Assembly: GCA_965285935.1 (NCBI GenBank)
Contig: OZ260665.1
Coordinates: 17,422,001 to 17,486,000, forward strand
DNA: 64,000 nt
Origin: Ophelia neglecta
Taxonomy: Eukaryota
Direction: 5' to 3'
The translations under genes and the position numbers were made by a program. Within the stretch, counting starts at the first letter, position 1, and every line of letters begins with the position of its first letter. Under the pieces are notes generated by a model that was given only the letters and a program-made list of their open reading frames with translations, searched no databases and was not told the DNA's origin. This document shows positions 38,601 to 52,810 of this stretch, one piece after another.

Positions 38601-40910
38601 TGAACTTGCTTTAACCTCACCTGGCGAGGTTGGTGTTGTCCTTTCAACACCAGATGACACATTTCCCGGTGAATCACCGTGGAGCAGAGTGGGATGCCTT
38701 TTATGACAGGTGTCGCAAGTATCCCGATTCTTACAAAATTTGGATCTATGACCGAACTGCAGACAGCCAAAGCAGAGCCTCTGGTCAAAGACAAACTGCC
38801 TTTTCTCTTGTAGAGACAAGGCAGACAATCTTCCACAAGAGCTAGTTTTATGTGTTCCATTACACATAACACATAAAGGTATATACGACGGAACCGTACT
38901 GTCATTACTTCTGTGATCAGCAGTCTGCTGCGTAGGCCTTGGATGTACAATTGATGCGAGCACCTTTTTGGATAAACCCTGCCCTTTATCTGACGAACGA
39001 TCCTTATCACAGGGAGCAGAGGACCCTCCACCTTTTAGAGCCTGGAACGAAGTAATGGGGTCACAAGCGATCTCTGCTTCCTGCACTACAAACTCTACAA
39101 ATTCCTGAAACAAGGGAAAGGACTGGGCTTCCCTTTTACCAGTGGCTACAATTCGTGCCCATCGAACAATGACCCAATCGGGGAGTTTCATTAACAATTT
39201 CTGGTTTTCCTGTTCATCATTTAGAACAGTGAGCGACCGTATAGTCCGCATGGCTACCAAACATTGACGTAAAAAATCTGCAAATTGGCGCAGAGCGGTC
39301 CCATCTCTGGGCTGTATCTTAGGCCAAGAAGAAAGCCTATCTCGAAAAGCCTTTGCTACAATGAAAGGATCTCCGTATCGCTGATCGAGCAAAGTTTTAG
39401 CTTCACTATAAGCATCTTCGGTAGACAAAATAAAGCAACCCTCTACAACACTTCTGGCCTCTCCACCAAGATAACGCTTGAGATAATGTATTTTCTCTTC
39501 TTGGGGGATATGTCTATGGTCAACCAAGGCAGAAAAGGCTGATTTCCACGCAGGATATTGCAGGGTATTCCCTGAGAACACACCGGGCTCGGGAGGGGCC
39601 AGCCTATTCAACGACAACTGTTCTGCCAACAGACCTACCATGGCCTCGTTACTCAAACCTTGTTGAGAGTAGGACGAATGACCAAATGGACATTGCGGAG
39701 GGTTTATCAATGGAGATTCTTGCCTGGACGACATCACTGGGCCAGACACAGAAATAGAGGGAACAAGCGGTGCATATCCATGATAGGGCGCACCTGGCTG
39801 AAAATTTGTGAAATGACCAACAGAGGATTGCAACAAGTGTGTTCGTGAAGACTCTTGTCCAGGAAACGACACTTGATTTGACAACGAACTTGAAGGACCA
39901 GGCGGTGCATAGCTATGAAAGGACACATCAGCTTGGCTAGATGTGAAATGACCAACAGAGGATTGCAACAAGTGTGTTCGTGAAGACTCTTGTCCAGGAA
40001 ACGACACTTGATTTGACAACGAACTTGAAAGACCAGGCGGTGCATAGCTATGAAAGGACACATCAGCTTGGCTAGATGCTAGTCCAGTCATAGTCGACGA
40101 TTGCTGCCCATACGTCGGCTGCGTATGCACGGAAATTGTAGAGGAATACATAGTTGATGCCACCGAAGACAAAGTCGGTGCCCTATCGCAAGATTTAGAC
40201 GCAACTGTGGCAGTCGGTTGCATTGTCAGAGTCCGAGCAATCTGATAAGTACTCGAGCCAGCGGAGGGAGTTGGGGCAGGTTCCATCGAAGACGTTGATG
40301 GGGCAACCTGGTACGATACTGATGCCGCAGCTGCCACTGGACATTCCCCAGGAGTACGTGAGGGAGCAGGGTTTGGATATGTGGTTTGAGAATCTAAAAA
40401 CTTGGACAAAATGATAGATTTATTTTCCACCTCTGACACATCATCCTTTCCCTTACCCAGAGATGCTAAGTCATCGTATTCCTCAAAGGTATCTATCACT
40501 TTGAGTTGGGCTTCGGTCTCTTCCATTTCCCTCATAGTCTGTAATTGCTCTAAGGCATATTTTTGCTCTGACTCTGCCTTAAGATAATTTGATTTTACTT
40601 TCAGGGACTCAGAATGCATAGCCAGTTCTAACCGTTTTTGTGAAGTGCTACTAGCACGAGAACTTTTCCTAGACTTTAGGCTCCTGCATCCTGGGCCTTC
40701 ACGGTTTGACTTGGGGGGAGGAAAATACAGTCTACCTTCATATACAAGCTTAGACAAGGTACCCCCCGGTATATCAGGTATATTTCCTATGTCTAAATTG
40801 TCCAGTGGACGCCCTAGATTATTTCTGTATTCTAGAAATTTCTCTGTCCTGACTGGACCTATTCCATAGAGGGTTAGTAAATCATCTTTCGTGATGTCAT
40901 TCACGTCCAT
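38589..40910 (-). CDS. gag: BEL/Pao Gag with N-terminal helix-hairpin-helix domain
   Basis: PEPGVFSGNTLQYPAWKSAF..EKIHYLKRYL..RYGDPF (Pao gag core); three Cys/His knuckles CVMC..H..C, CFGC..GH..C, CDTC..HP..LH; N-terminus DVNDITKDDLLTLYGIGP. Confidence 0.9.
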   Translation of the reverse strand: MDVNDITKDDLLTLYGIGPVRTEKFLEYRNNLGRPLDNLDIGNIPDIPGGTLSKLVYEGRLYFPPPKSNREGPGCRSLKSRKSSRASSTSQKRLELAMHSESLKVKSNYLKAESEQKYALEQLQTMREMEETEAQLKVIDTFEEYDDLASLGKGKDDVSEVENKSIILSKFLDSQTTYPNPAPSRTPGECPVAAAASVSYQVAPSTSSMEPAPTPSAGSSTYQIARTLTMQPTATVASKSCDRAPTLSSVASTMYSSTISVHTQPTYGQQSSTMTGLASSQADVSFHSYAPPGLSSSLSNQVSFPGQESSRTHLLQSSVGHFTSSQADVSFHSYAPPGPSSSLSNQVSFPGQESSRTHLLQSSVGHFTNFQPGAPYHGYAPLVPSISVSGPVMSSRQESPLINPPQCPFGHSSYSQQGLSNEAMVGLLAEQLSLNRLAPPEPGVFSGNTLQYPAWKSAFSALVDHRHIPQEEKIHYLKRYLGGEARSVVEGCFILSTEDAYSEAKTLLDQRYGDPFIVAKAFRDRLSSWPKIQPRDGTALRQFADFLRQCLVAMRTIRSLTVLNDEQENQKLLMKLPDWVIVRWARIVATGKREAQSFPLFQEFVEFVVQEAEIACDPITSFQALKGGGSSAPCDKDRSSDKGQGLSKKVLASIVHPRPTQQTADHRSNDSTVPSYIPLCVMCNGTHKTSSCGRLSALSLQEKRQFVFDQRLCFGCLQFGHRSKFCKNRDTCDTCHKRHPTLLHGDSPGNVSSGVERTTPTSPGEVKASSTAH
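39672..40076 (-). repeat. 135-bp (45-aa) tandem repeat inside BEL gag: two near-identical copies and one diverged copy
   Basis: SSQADVSFHSYAPPG(L/P)SSSLSNQVSFPGQESSRTHLLQSSVGHFT x2, then NFQPGAPYHGYAPLVPSISVSGPVMSSRQESP. Confidence 0.9.
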
Positions 40911-43584
40911 GATTGAATGTATGAGTTACTAAATGGTTGTCACTGTGCAAATGAAGATGAATGAAATCGTTGTTGGTTCCCACAAGTACCTTTCAAATGG
41001 GGTTCGCAAATGAAGGACCAACAACGAAACACAGTATTAAAGGTGCAACACAGTATGAAAATGCCCAAGGAATTGAACTCAATGTCCCTTGGAAAAGTCA
41101 TGCATGAAAACTCGAAGTACACACGTGAGCACAATAACAAATTCAAATACAACATGCACATGTTCATTCAAGAGAATACGAAGACTATCAATCCATTTAA
41201 TATAAAACGATGAAAATGAATTTAAATCACAATAAATTACAGTTCAAACAAGTCCGTGAGAAGAAAGTGCGCCATGCTAGAAATCACAAAATGGTGGCAC
41301 TTCTATCCTTGACGGAGGAATCCAGGTAGCATACGACACAGCGCAGACGTCGTGAAGGAGTGGCATAGAGTTTCACTGTGACTGCAGTAGGAGAGACGAT
41401 GACTAGGTTTGTGTTTCATACGGCTTTATTGTTTCTTAAATGAATGCCATGGACACCTTGGGTACCGTGAAACTGTAACAAATAAACTCACGATATATTC
41501 TTTACATATTGCACAGAGATCACAACACAATTACACATGATAACATATACAAGTAAACGATGTAACGAACCTCTTTGGCCTCTTACAGTTCTGGCTCCTA
41601 CATACAGTTATACTGTCGACCGTATCGCTGTCGACTTCACCGAGAACACATGCACTGTCGCCGCTCACATAACGACAACCGCTACCGCAGACGCGTTGAT
41701 GACCACTGACCAAATCTCAATATACCAGATATCTTAGTGCCTTACGCAACAGAGCCGAGTCTCGGTACCGGAAGGTAAGGAAAGATCCGAGATCGCTGGT
41801 CAGGTACTCTGGTCATCAGTAGTGGTCAGCGGTCTGTCACACATAGCTATTTACAGTATACATAAATAGTAGTGACTACTTTCCGACCGGCCACTTATAC
41901 GGCCACTTATACTAATAAAGTAGCAACATTTACAACAGATTTTTAACAGTATGATCAAAACGAGTGAATTTCCAGAGGACATGAAAATATCAAAGGTACT
42001 TCCTTTCTATAAGTCAGGTGACCTAACAAATGTTACAAATTACAGACCTATTTCAATCCTACCTACATTTTCCAAAATATTCGAAAGGCTGATATACAAC
42101 AGATTATATAATTTTTTCACCAAGCAAAATATATTTTTCCCTTCTCAATATGGCTTTAGAAAACATCATTCGACAGAACATGCAACCCTAGAACTAATAG
42201 AACACATTACCCAGAAACTAGACCAAAAGAAACATGTTGCTGCAATATTCATAGACCTTACCAAAGCTTTCGACACCATCAAACACACTATTCTACTTCA
42301 GAAACTATTTCATTATGGCATAAGGGGTACACCCCATAATCTATTGAAAAGCTATCTCTCTAATAGGTCACAATATGTTCTCTTCAAACAAAAATCATCA
42401 GAATTACTAAAACAGAAAGTTGGTGTACCTCAAGGGTCAATCCTTGGGCCCTTATTCTTCTTAATTTACATAAACGACATATATAAATCACTGAATACAA
42501 CATCATAACCTATCCTGTTTGCTGACGACACCAGTGTAATTATTCATAATAAACATTTAGAGAGGTTATACAATAACATCAATCACGAACTCTCAAATAT
42601 ACAAATCTGGATTAAATCAAATTTCCTATCCCTCAACATTAAGAAAACTAAATTTATGATCTTCAAAAACTCTAACAACCCACCAGACCAGATTCCCGAT
42701 TTATTTAGAGTAAAAATAGACAATACAATAATAGAACAAGTTTCTACATTCAAATTTCTTGGCATACATATTGATGAACATCTCAATTGGAAAACGCACA
42801 TAAATGAAAAATGTAAGAAAGTGTCCCAAATCATAGGGCTGATGAATCGCCTAAAACAATATCTTCCAACATACATTCTAAAAATTATCTACAATTCTTT
42901 AATACAACCTCATCTCTTTTATGGTATCACAGCCTACTATAACTGCACAAACTTGTCAACATGCAATAGACTTTTTCTCCTTCAGAAACGGGCCATGAGA
43001 ACCATCTCAAAATCATGGTACCTGGCCCATACGGAACCACTTTTCAAATCGCTCAAAATTCTAAGATTAAATGATCTATATTTTGTCAAAGCATTAAAAA
43101 TCTATTTCAACATCATACAATCCAAATGCCCAAACTTTACAAAACAATCGGTTGAACTTGTTGACCAAGGCAAAAAACAATACTACACCAGAAACAATGA
43201 CGTTATTGTAAGAAAACCCTTTAGAACAAACATTATTAAACAATGTCTTTGGTTTAAACTGCTCAGTGTCACCAACCAAATCCTTCACCACTACAAAATA
43301 CCACTAAGTCAATCATACAATTACAAAGCATATTTCATAAATACATATACTAACACCTGTAATATAAATAGCTGTTACATATGTAACAAAACTCTTCTTG
43401 TCTGATATTGTACGTCGTATATATTTGTCTGCACACAGCAGTTTATTGGTTTTCTGAAATGTTTAGTGATCTCGTCACGCTTAATATTGTACATCATATA
43501 TACTATGTCTCAAAGGGGCGGCCAGCAAAAACGGCAGATGCTATAGCTGGCGTCCAGAATAAATGTATTTCAATCAATCAATCA

Positions 43585-43940
43585 ATGATTTCTGGTTGCA
43601 AATCTGAATGTTTCTCTGGGTCGAGCATCCAAGTGATCCCGGCGGGAGCCAAAAGAAACAGAGTTCGAATTCAACAGTCCTTGTCGGTTGCCTTGTGAAG
43701 GGTCCTCCCTGTCGGCTGATAGGTTTGGTTGTGCCAAATTGTTCTTTTCTGGTGAATGATCACCGGCTGCTGATGTGCTGGGGTATTCTTGTTGATCCGG
43801 TGCTGGTTGTATGTTGATAGGTTGTCTAAAGCTTCAGTGATGCCTGAGTTGTCGCTGAAGGCTTGATTGTTCTTAGGTAGGATGGTAGACTTCTCATTTT
43901 CTGATTGCTCCGTCTGCTTCATGCCTTTTCTCGGGGCCAT
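43585..43940 (-). pseudogene. gag: Gypsy gag, 5' part (frameshifted)
   Basis: ATG ~60 nt after the PBS (MAPRKGMKQ). After a frameshift near 43830 it reads ..RETFRFATRNH, which joins AAEPRR at ~33832 across the LINE insertion. Confidence 0.7.
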
Positions 43941-43997
43941 CTTGAAGATCAGTGAGACTGGGGTTCTTCTGAGGGTTTAATTATTTAAATCCCTTCG

Positions 43998-44009
43998 CTT
44001 CTGACACCA
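43998..44009 (-). other. Primer-binding site complementary to a tRNA-Leu 3' end
   Basis: TGGTGTCAGAAG 3 nt inside the 5' LTR; complement of ...CUUCUGACACCA of metazoan tRNA-Leu. Confidence 0.8.
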
Positions 44010-44012
44010 AAA

Positions 44013-45071
44013 TGTTGCGTGACTGGTGGGTCAGCAAAAGTTCAAACAGGTATTTTAAATTCAACCAGTTTTATTTTAACAGCAATAACTATGGTCATAG
44101 TTGGGGGTTTCTTATGGCTGGCAGAGGCAAGGCAAGGTGCAATACTTAAATTTTCAAGTCTAGAAAATTTCAAGTCCCGAACTTCAAAGTTAATAAAAAT
44201 TTCTAATATCTTACTAAAAGTCCAATGTAGCTGTGATTTCTAAATAAGCTCGAATTTATATGGATGTCTATAAGCTCCTGGTGGACAGTTCAATCACAGT
44301 TCTTGGCAGAATTCGAATTTTCGATTTTGGTTGAAAGTCAACCTTGAATTTTCGAATGAGGTATAAACTCGAATTTTCGAATGCAGGTATAAACTCGAAT
44401 TTTCGGGAGCAATGCTTACAGCCAGGACTTGAATTTTCGAGTTCTGACAGCTGAGTAACACATTTCTGTCAAGTTACCAAAAAGAACCAACAGAGCGAAA
44501 GAATGAACGTAATAAACGTTAACAGTTCAATTTGAATGTAAGAAACTGAAATATTCAGTATACTCAGCCTAGGCTGTATATTTGAAGCCAATTTGGCTTT
44601 TAAAATGGCATGTTTACCAAGTGAAGCGTAGGAGACAAACTTGAAAATTCGAGTTACGCGCCCCCTTTTATAGTTTTCTGGCCAGCAGACGGTGCTGACA
44701 TCCTAGCAACGCCACTATGATGTAGGTCGCAGGTCACATAAATTACGTCACACAAGGCCCACGAGATTTGGCACAATACACCAGTATCGCGGTAAAATGT
44801 ACCTATTCATGTCGTATCTACTAAATTACGAGTGATAAATAAGTTCTTTGTCACCGGGAACCATTGCTTGCTTAATGCCAAGAAATACACTAAAAGTTAC
44901 GGTACCATCATGCAATGTTTAGTCAAGTGGGTCAAAATGGCGGTGGCACATCCGGTCTTCTGTCAACGATACAATTTGGAGCTACAAAGTTTGTTACAGC
45001 AATAAAAGTCTCAAGTGTTTTCGCTCAGGTAACAACAGTTTATTAAAGGTCATAAAACACGGTACACCACA
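44013..45071 (-). repeat. Gypsy 5' LTR with candidate TATA box
   Basis: Direct repeat of 26341-27399; TATAAAA on the minus strand at 44672-44666. Confidence 0.95.
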
Positions 45072-45937
45072 GTATATTGCAAACAGATTCTACATGTAAG
45101 TGACACTGAATCTTGTTGTTTGCTATCATCCATGCATCATTTAAAAGTTGTTGGAAGATTACGCATAGAACAATTATTTCCAATGTTCAATGGATTCGTG
45201 CACACCCATATTAGTAGTATATGATGACCCTACGACATTTGCATTAAGACGTTAAAACCATATTTGACTTCAAAACTTCCAACTAGGGTCACTTTTCTCT
45301 CGTCAAAGTTTGCCCCCACTAGAATCGATATTTAAACATTCTTTGCCCTAATTTAAAAATGGGCTTTTAAAACCTTAGCCAATGCTGTAGCAGTCAACAA
45401 CGTGTAGGGTATTAAGGATGTAATAAGGTTTCAAATGGCGACTGTCCTATTACATGTCATGTTATGATTAGCCATAGTGGGACCTGCAAATAATCTTGTA
45501 AGATATTTTCATTTGGGACGTTGAAATAAATTTACATATTTGGGTGGTTTATTTCATCCAACACCATGCCAGGTATGAGCAAAGTGATCATTATACCGTA
45601 TACAAAACTCTTCAAAACATACGCCATTGAAATTTAACACTGTGATAAACCAGGGCAACGTATTGAATACTATTTCTGATAGGTTTGCTTAGCCCCATTT
45701 TATAATCTACCTATGGTTACGTAGTAAAAACCGTTTTGTATGCTTATAGCTGATTGCACCAATGATAATCCAGGGCGTTTGTTTACTATCTTGTCTGGGG
45801 AATAGTGCGAAGGCATTTATTTTCGCCTAGATTTTCTTCCGGGTACCTCTGTGTTAATAACAGCAGTCATAACCTGTAAATGCTAGGTTATCATATTTGG
45901 TTCTAACTCTCAACAGTGAAGGACAGCACCGCTTGAC

Positions 45938-48426
<2,489 letters not shown>

Positions 48427-50496
48427 ACGAGATCCACCGGACAAAGGGGCTTCCATGGTGAACGCGGCTCAGAGCGGGTCCTTGTCTTAAATACCATCAG
48501 TGTCGGTCTCACAGCTTAATGAATATACATATGCATACCGCAGAAGTTCTCGGACAATCACCCAGAGAAGTTAAATATTTGAGACAATTTCAAAACTTAT
48601 CTTGATCAACATTGAAACATATTAAAAGGAAACCAATTTAACATGCATTTAAATTGTTAAAGTATGAATAAATATTAAGGATACAAATATATTATAAAAT
48701 AACCAAGAGTCCGTTTTTGCAGGAAGTTAAATTTATAGATAAATTTAGATCTGGATATGTTACCATTAGCAAATAAAATTCTTTTGACTTCATTGGAACC
48801 TAATGTTTTACATCGACATTAACAGCAAATTAACGGTTTTATATCTATACACTACTTTCAAATGACTCTATTCGCATAATAAGCATGTAGACTCTTCAGA
48901 TAGTTTGCTATGAATATTCCAATTAGAAGAAAAGGTCATTTATCACGGTCCGTGTCGCAGAAATGTATTCGCTTGGCTCCGATTGTGTAAACCTTACAGG
49001 ATAAGGCACAAACCACTTGTTACGGCAGCCTAGGCCAAGTAGTGACAAAGTTGGTCCGGCATGTGGCGCCCCCTGTTTATCGCCAGCCGCAGTGCATGTC
49101 GCTAAGAGTATCTAGGCCTACAAGTCGCGTGACAGTCATGGAAGGAAACTGCCAGCCAGCGTAATTTGGATTGTTTCTCTTTGACCGGGCATCTGTCGAA
49201 TAATATGTAAGTTCTGATAATAATAATAACAGTACTTTCTTGTAAATTTATCATGGTGTATGTTCGTGCAGTTTATTTACGCTGTCGTTTCGTAATTTCA
49301 GCAAACCTACTGATATTTCTGATGAAGGCTAACCGTCGTTCATGTTGAGAAGAAAATAAAGTGTCGTCAATAGTGTGTATATACTGGTACCAGACTTGTC
49401 TTTCATCCGTGTCGCACCACTGTTATATTGCTAGTAGTACACAAAAATTAAACACCCAGCTACCATTTTCCGCTGGTCTTGTGTTATAAGAGAGTGCAAA
49501 GATTGGTTATCTAGAGACTTATTACATAAACGTGTACATATCCAGGAAGTGACGTAGCACTGCGGCTAACAGTGGTGATGCTATAATAATGTAGATTTAA
49601 GTTCATAGACAACAGACATGTTTTTTCGTCTCAATGGCGTCAACTGCAGACCTTAGCAAACTGTCTGGTGGGGTATTATTATATCCTCCACGACAGGGAT
49701 ATACGGACCTGGCTGTTGGTTGCCAGTAGGTTCGGAAGAGGTATTTTTCTATGAATAAACTTCTAATAAATTTAAATAATTGTTTTCTGCCTACACCTGT
49801 GTCATAACTGACGTCTTGGCTGAATTTATTTTGTGTAATCATACGATGAAAATAGATACAAATTTGCGTTGTTCATATTGAAATGCACGCTGCTAGAACA
49901 TGACTGCCTATTGTGTCACGTGGTCAGGTGACGCGAGACCCAGGTGAGTGATTGGACGAATGAATAGCTACTTTGTGTTGATTGTCAATGGGGCGGGGCT
50001 TACCCATGAAGTTCACCGTTTGCATACAAGGAGTTTGGATATTTTCAGCTTTTAAGTCTGTTAAGATTTGACTGAACCAAATAAGTCTTATTCCTCGAAC
50101 ACTAAATAGTGAATTACTTGATTGGCTTTAAGTAGAATGAAGCAGTTATTTAATAGAATTCACATTGTTTTGACACTGAGGGCGATGCCAGGGCCATGAT
50201 GTAGGCCTAGCAACAGCCTAGCAACGTACTCGTAACTGAGTCCGTGGAGGGGGGGGGGGGGGCTGTCAGGCTTGCTAAGTCTCGCTACTACGTAGGTCCC
50301 CTGACAGCAAACCCCCCCCCCCCTCCTCCTCCTCGTCAACTACAAGATGTGAAGTGGGGAATGAGGAGTGGAGAAAAAGTGACACATGTCCCGATTAACA
50401 AGTTACAAACTAGTATTTTGAAAGTTTTTTTAAACTTTTATTACTTTATTCTATGCATGAGATGATAGGGCTATAAGAGGCTGTCTTATACAAGTA

Positions 50497-50673
50497 CAGT
50501 GAAACCTGCCTTACAGACCACTCCTATAATCAGACCACCTGTCAAACCAGACCACTGATGTAAGGATCATTTTGTATACTTTCAATGTTGAATAACCTGT
50601 CTTAACAGACCACCTTAGAAATAAGACCCGTATTTCCAGTCCCTTTGGTGGCCTTAATTCAAAGGTTTCACTG
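50497..50673. mobile_element. pogo-like MITE copy
   Basis: TIRs and TA flanks; duplicate of 19556-19732. Confidence 0.85.
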
Positions 50674-52419
50674 TACGGGGAAAAGATTTTGGCCATTGCT
50701 GCAGCCCCCGGTATACACTTCGTATATATGATGGACTATACGTTTAGCCTTCACCAACCATAGACCCATAATAGGCGAGAAAAACAAATCTTGTCGTCTT
50801 GTCATACAATGTAAAGAATGAATTGGTATTATTTCCTGCTAAAATTTGGCATATCTTTCTGTGTAAACTTAGCCATGTGGTGGCTATTCGATATTTAGAT
50901 TGGACACAAAGGACTAAAGTATTGGTACAGATTCCACTCCACAAGAATTGCTATGGACAACCGCTCCGTGTGAGAGATGGACGAAAGGAACAACAATCGG
51001 AAGTCGAACGTCACTAGCTAGCGATGCGAAAAAAAACGGGACATTTCGCATCGATGTCTATATCCACCGCGTGGCCAGCGGCCATCACTCATATTATGAG
51101 TAATGACCACCGCCAATACTAGGAATGAAAAGCAGATAGCTCACAGGACGGCCAGAGAGCACAACTACTGTAAGGCTATAAATAATAGGGGCTATATATA
51201 TGTTTTTTCATAGTAACTATAGGGCAAATAGATTATAAGGACATACCTACAAACACTATATCTTATAATAAATCATTGACCATGGCTGCCAGCCATTTAC
51301 ATATTTGCGGGCCTTGTGATTGCAATAGATAAATAAATTGAGTTTTTTCACTGACATGACTAAATTCTGGCCAGCAATGAGAGAATTCATCAATATATTA
51401 TTGGTGGGTATTGGCTAACATATCAGAGTGAAGTAAAAAGTGAATTTCATCCCCAATACCAGAGTTACACATAGTAGGCCTACACATGCGATTTTCTGTA
51501 GGGATTTGTGATTGGTAGAACAAATTGTTCTACAAAGAATGTCCTGAGTGTGTGATCGCCTTATCGCAGCTGTGTTTAGACACACACTCTTAAATGTCGT
51601 CTGAGGTTAAACCGCCGACAATTCGTCCTCTATAGATCTACTGGCTTTTATGATATTTTTATTTGTGCCGTTATTATCAATAGGCGTATGAATGTCGCCA
51701 CTTCACCCACCTCCCACGCCCCCTCTCCACCCTAATGCCCTAACAATACAGCAAAGCTCATGCAACTCGGCCGAACGGGGATGAGGGGGGTTGAAGGGAA
51801 GGAAATGGTAATTTCCATAATGCGTGGTTTATACGCAATTATTCTGTATGAAGCGTGCAATTGAGATTCTCTCATCATAAATCGTGAAACAATGGTTGGC
51901 TTCGAGTTGTGAAATGGAAGAATAAATTCCCTGGAGCTGTAAAGAAACAAATTTCTTTCGTGTAAACCGGGAAAGGACGGTTTTATTCCCGTAAATTGTG
52001 CTATATCCTCGACGCGCATCTACCCCACCCCCCTTCCCAAAAACTCTTTTGGAATGTCATGTGAACTGAAAAAGGGGATATATCCCCGTGAATTGTGATG
52101 ACGCCCGACTCCCCTCCCCGGTGAACCTCGAACAGCCGTATTATTTCTGAATACACTGACTAAGAGCTAGGGGCTTATAACCACTGCTATAGATATATAA
52201 TGTAAACTAGTGAATAAGATTTGAACGAGGAAAAAAGCTGGTCTGGTGTTGACCCGGTTATCAAAGGTTCATCCAGAGTTGGTAGATTTTAATGACACGC
52301 ATGACTGATCTCCAATAAAGGAACATAGAAGTACCTTAGGGTCAGGCGGATGGCAAGAGTGAAAGTACTGGCGGCTCTAGGGGCAAAGGAACGGGTGTGA
52401 GGAGGGTGTTAGTGTCTGG

Positions 52420-52810
52420 GGATGGGAGGGACGGGGAGAGAGTGTGTGCGTGAGGGGAGGGGGGGGGGGGGTCAGGAGGGGTGAGTGCGCGATGATGGGA
52501 GGGACGTGGAGAGTGTGTGTGTGTATGTGAGGGCGGGGGGGGGGGGGGGGGGGCGGTCAGGAGGGCGTGAGTGCGTGTGGATGGGAGGGACCGGGAGAGA
52601 ATGTGTGTGTGTGTATGTGGGGGGGGGGGGGGCTCAGGAAAGTGAGTGCGTGTGGATGGGAGGGACCGGGATATAATGTGTGTGTGTGAGGGGGGGGGGG
52701 GGGGGCTCGGGAGAGTGTGAGTGCGTGTGGATGGGAGGGACCGGGAGATAATGTCTGTGTGAGTGTGGGGGGGGGGGGGGTGTTAGGAGAGTGTGAGTGC
52801 GTGTGGATCG
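52420..52810. repeat. G-rich minisatellite (~70-80 bp unit, ~5 copies)
   Basis: gagtgcgtgtggatgggagggaccgggaga-(gt)n-poly(G) units. Confidence 0.85.

Larger units (their letters stand above)
33952..41934 (-). mobile_element. BEL/Pao LTR retrotransposon, young, internally deleted
   Basis: 558-bp TG...CA LTRs at 33952-34509 and 41377-41934 (one substitution seen); TSD ACAG (33948-33951, 41935-41938); purine-rich AGGCGGGAG next to the 3' LTR. Confidence 0.97.
33838..43584 (+). mobile_element. 5'-truncated CR1/L2-group LINE (pieces 33838-33951 and 41935-43584), split by the BEL element
   Basis: Rejoined frame EIKKIAIHMKPKSSCGFD..PLLQ|IFNSMIKTSEFP..NYRPIS..QYGFR..DLTKAFD..GVPQGSILGP..*PILFADDT..FLGI..CNINSCYIC with one nonsense codon at 42506; AATAAA plus (TCAA)n tail; ATGAT duplicated at both ends (33833-33837, 43585-43589). 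Confidence 0.92.
26341..45071 (-). mobile_element. Ty3/Gypsy LTR retrotransposon (defective, interrupted by nested LINE and BEL elements)
   Basis: 1059-bp TG...CA LTRs at 26341-27399 and 44013-45071 (~10 substitutions seen); 4-bp TSD GTAT (26337-26340, 45072-45075); empty site taagGTATattgcaaac at ~14483; PBS and PPT present; domain order gag-PR-RT-RH-IN. Confidence 0.97.

Noticed and set aside
38600-39031. Apparent long gag/pol overlap suggesting programmed frameshifting in BEL
   Set aside because: BEL/Pao normally has one gag-pol ORF, and the frame change coincides with loss of the protease catalytic block, i.e. a deletion
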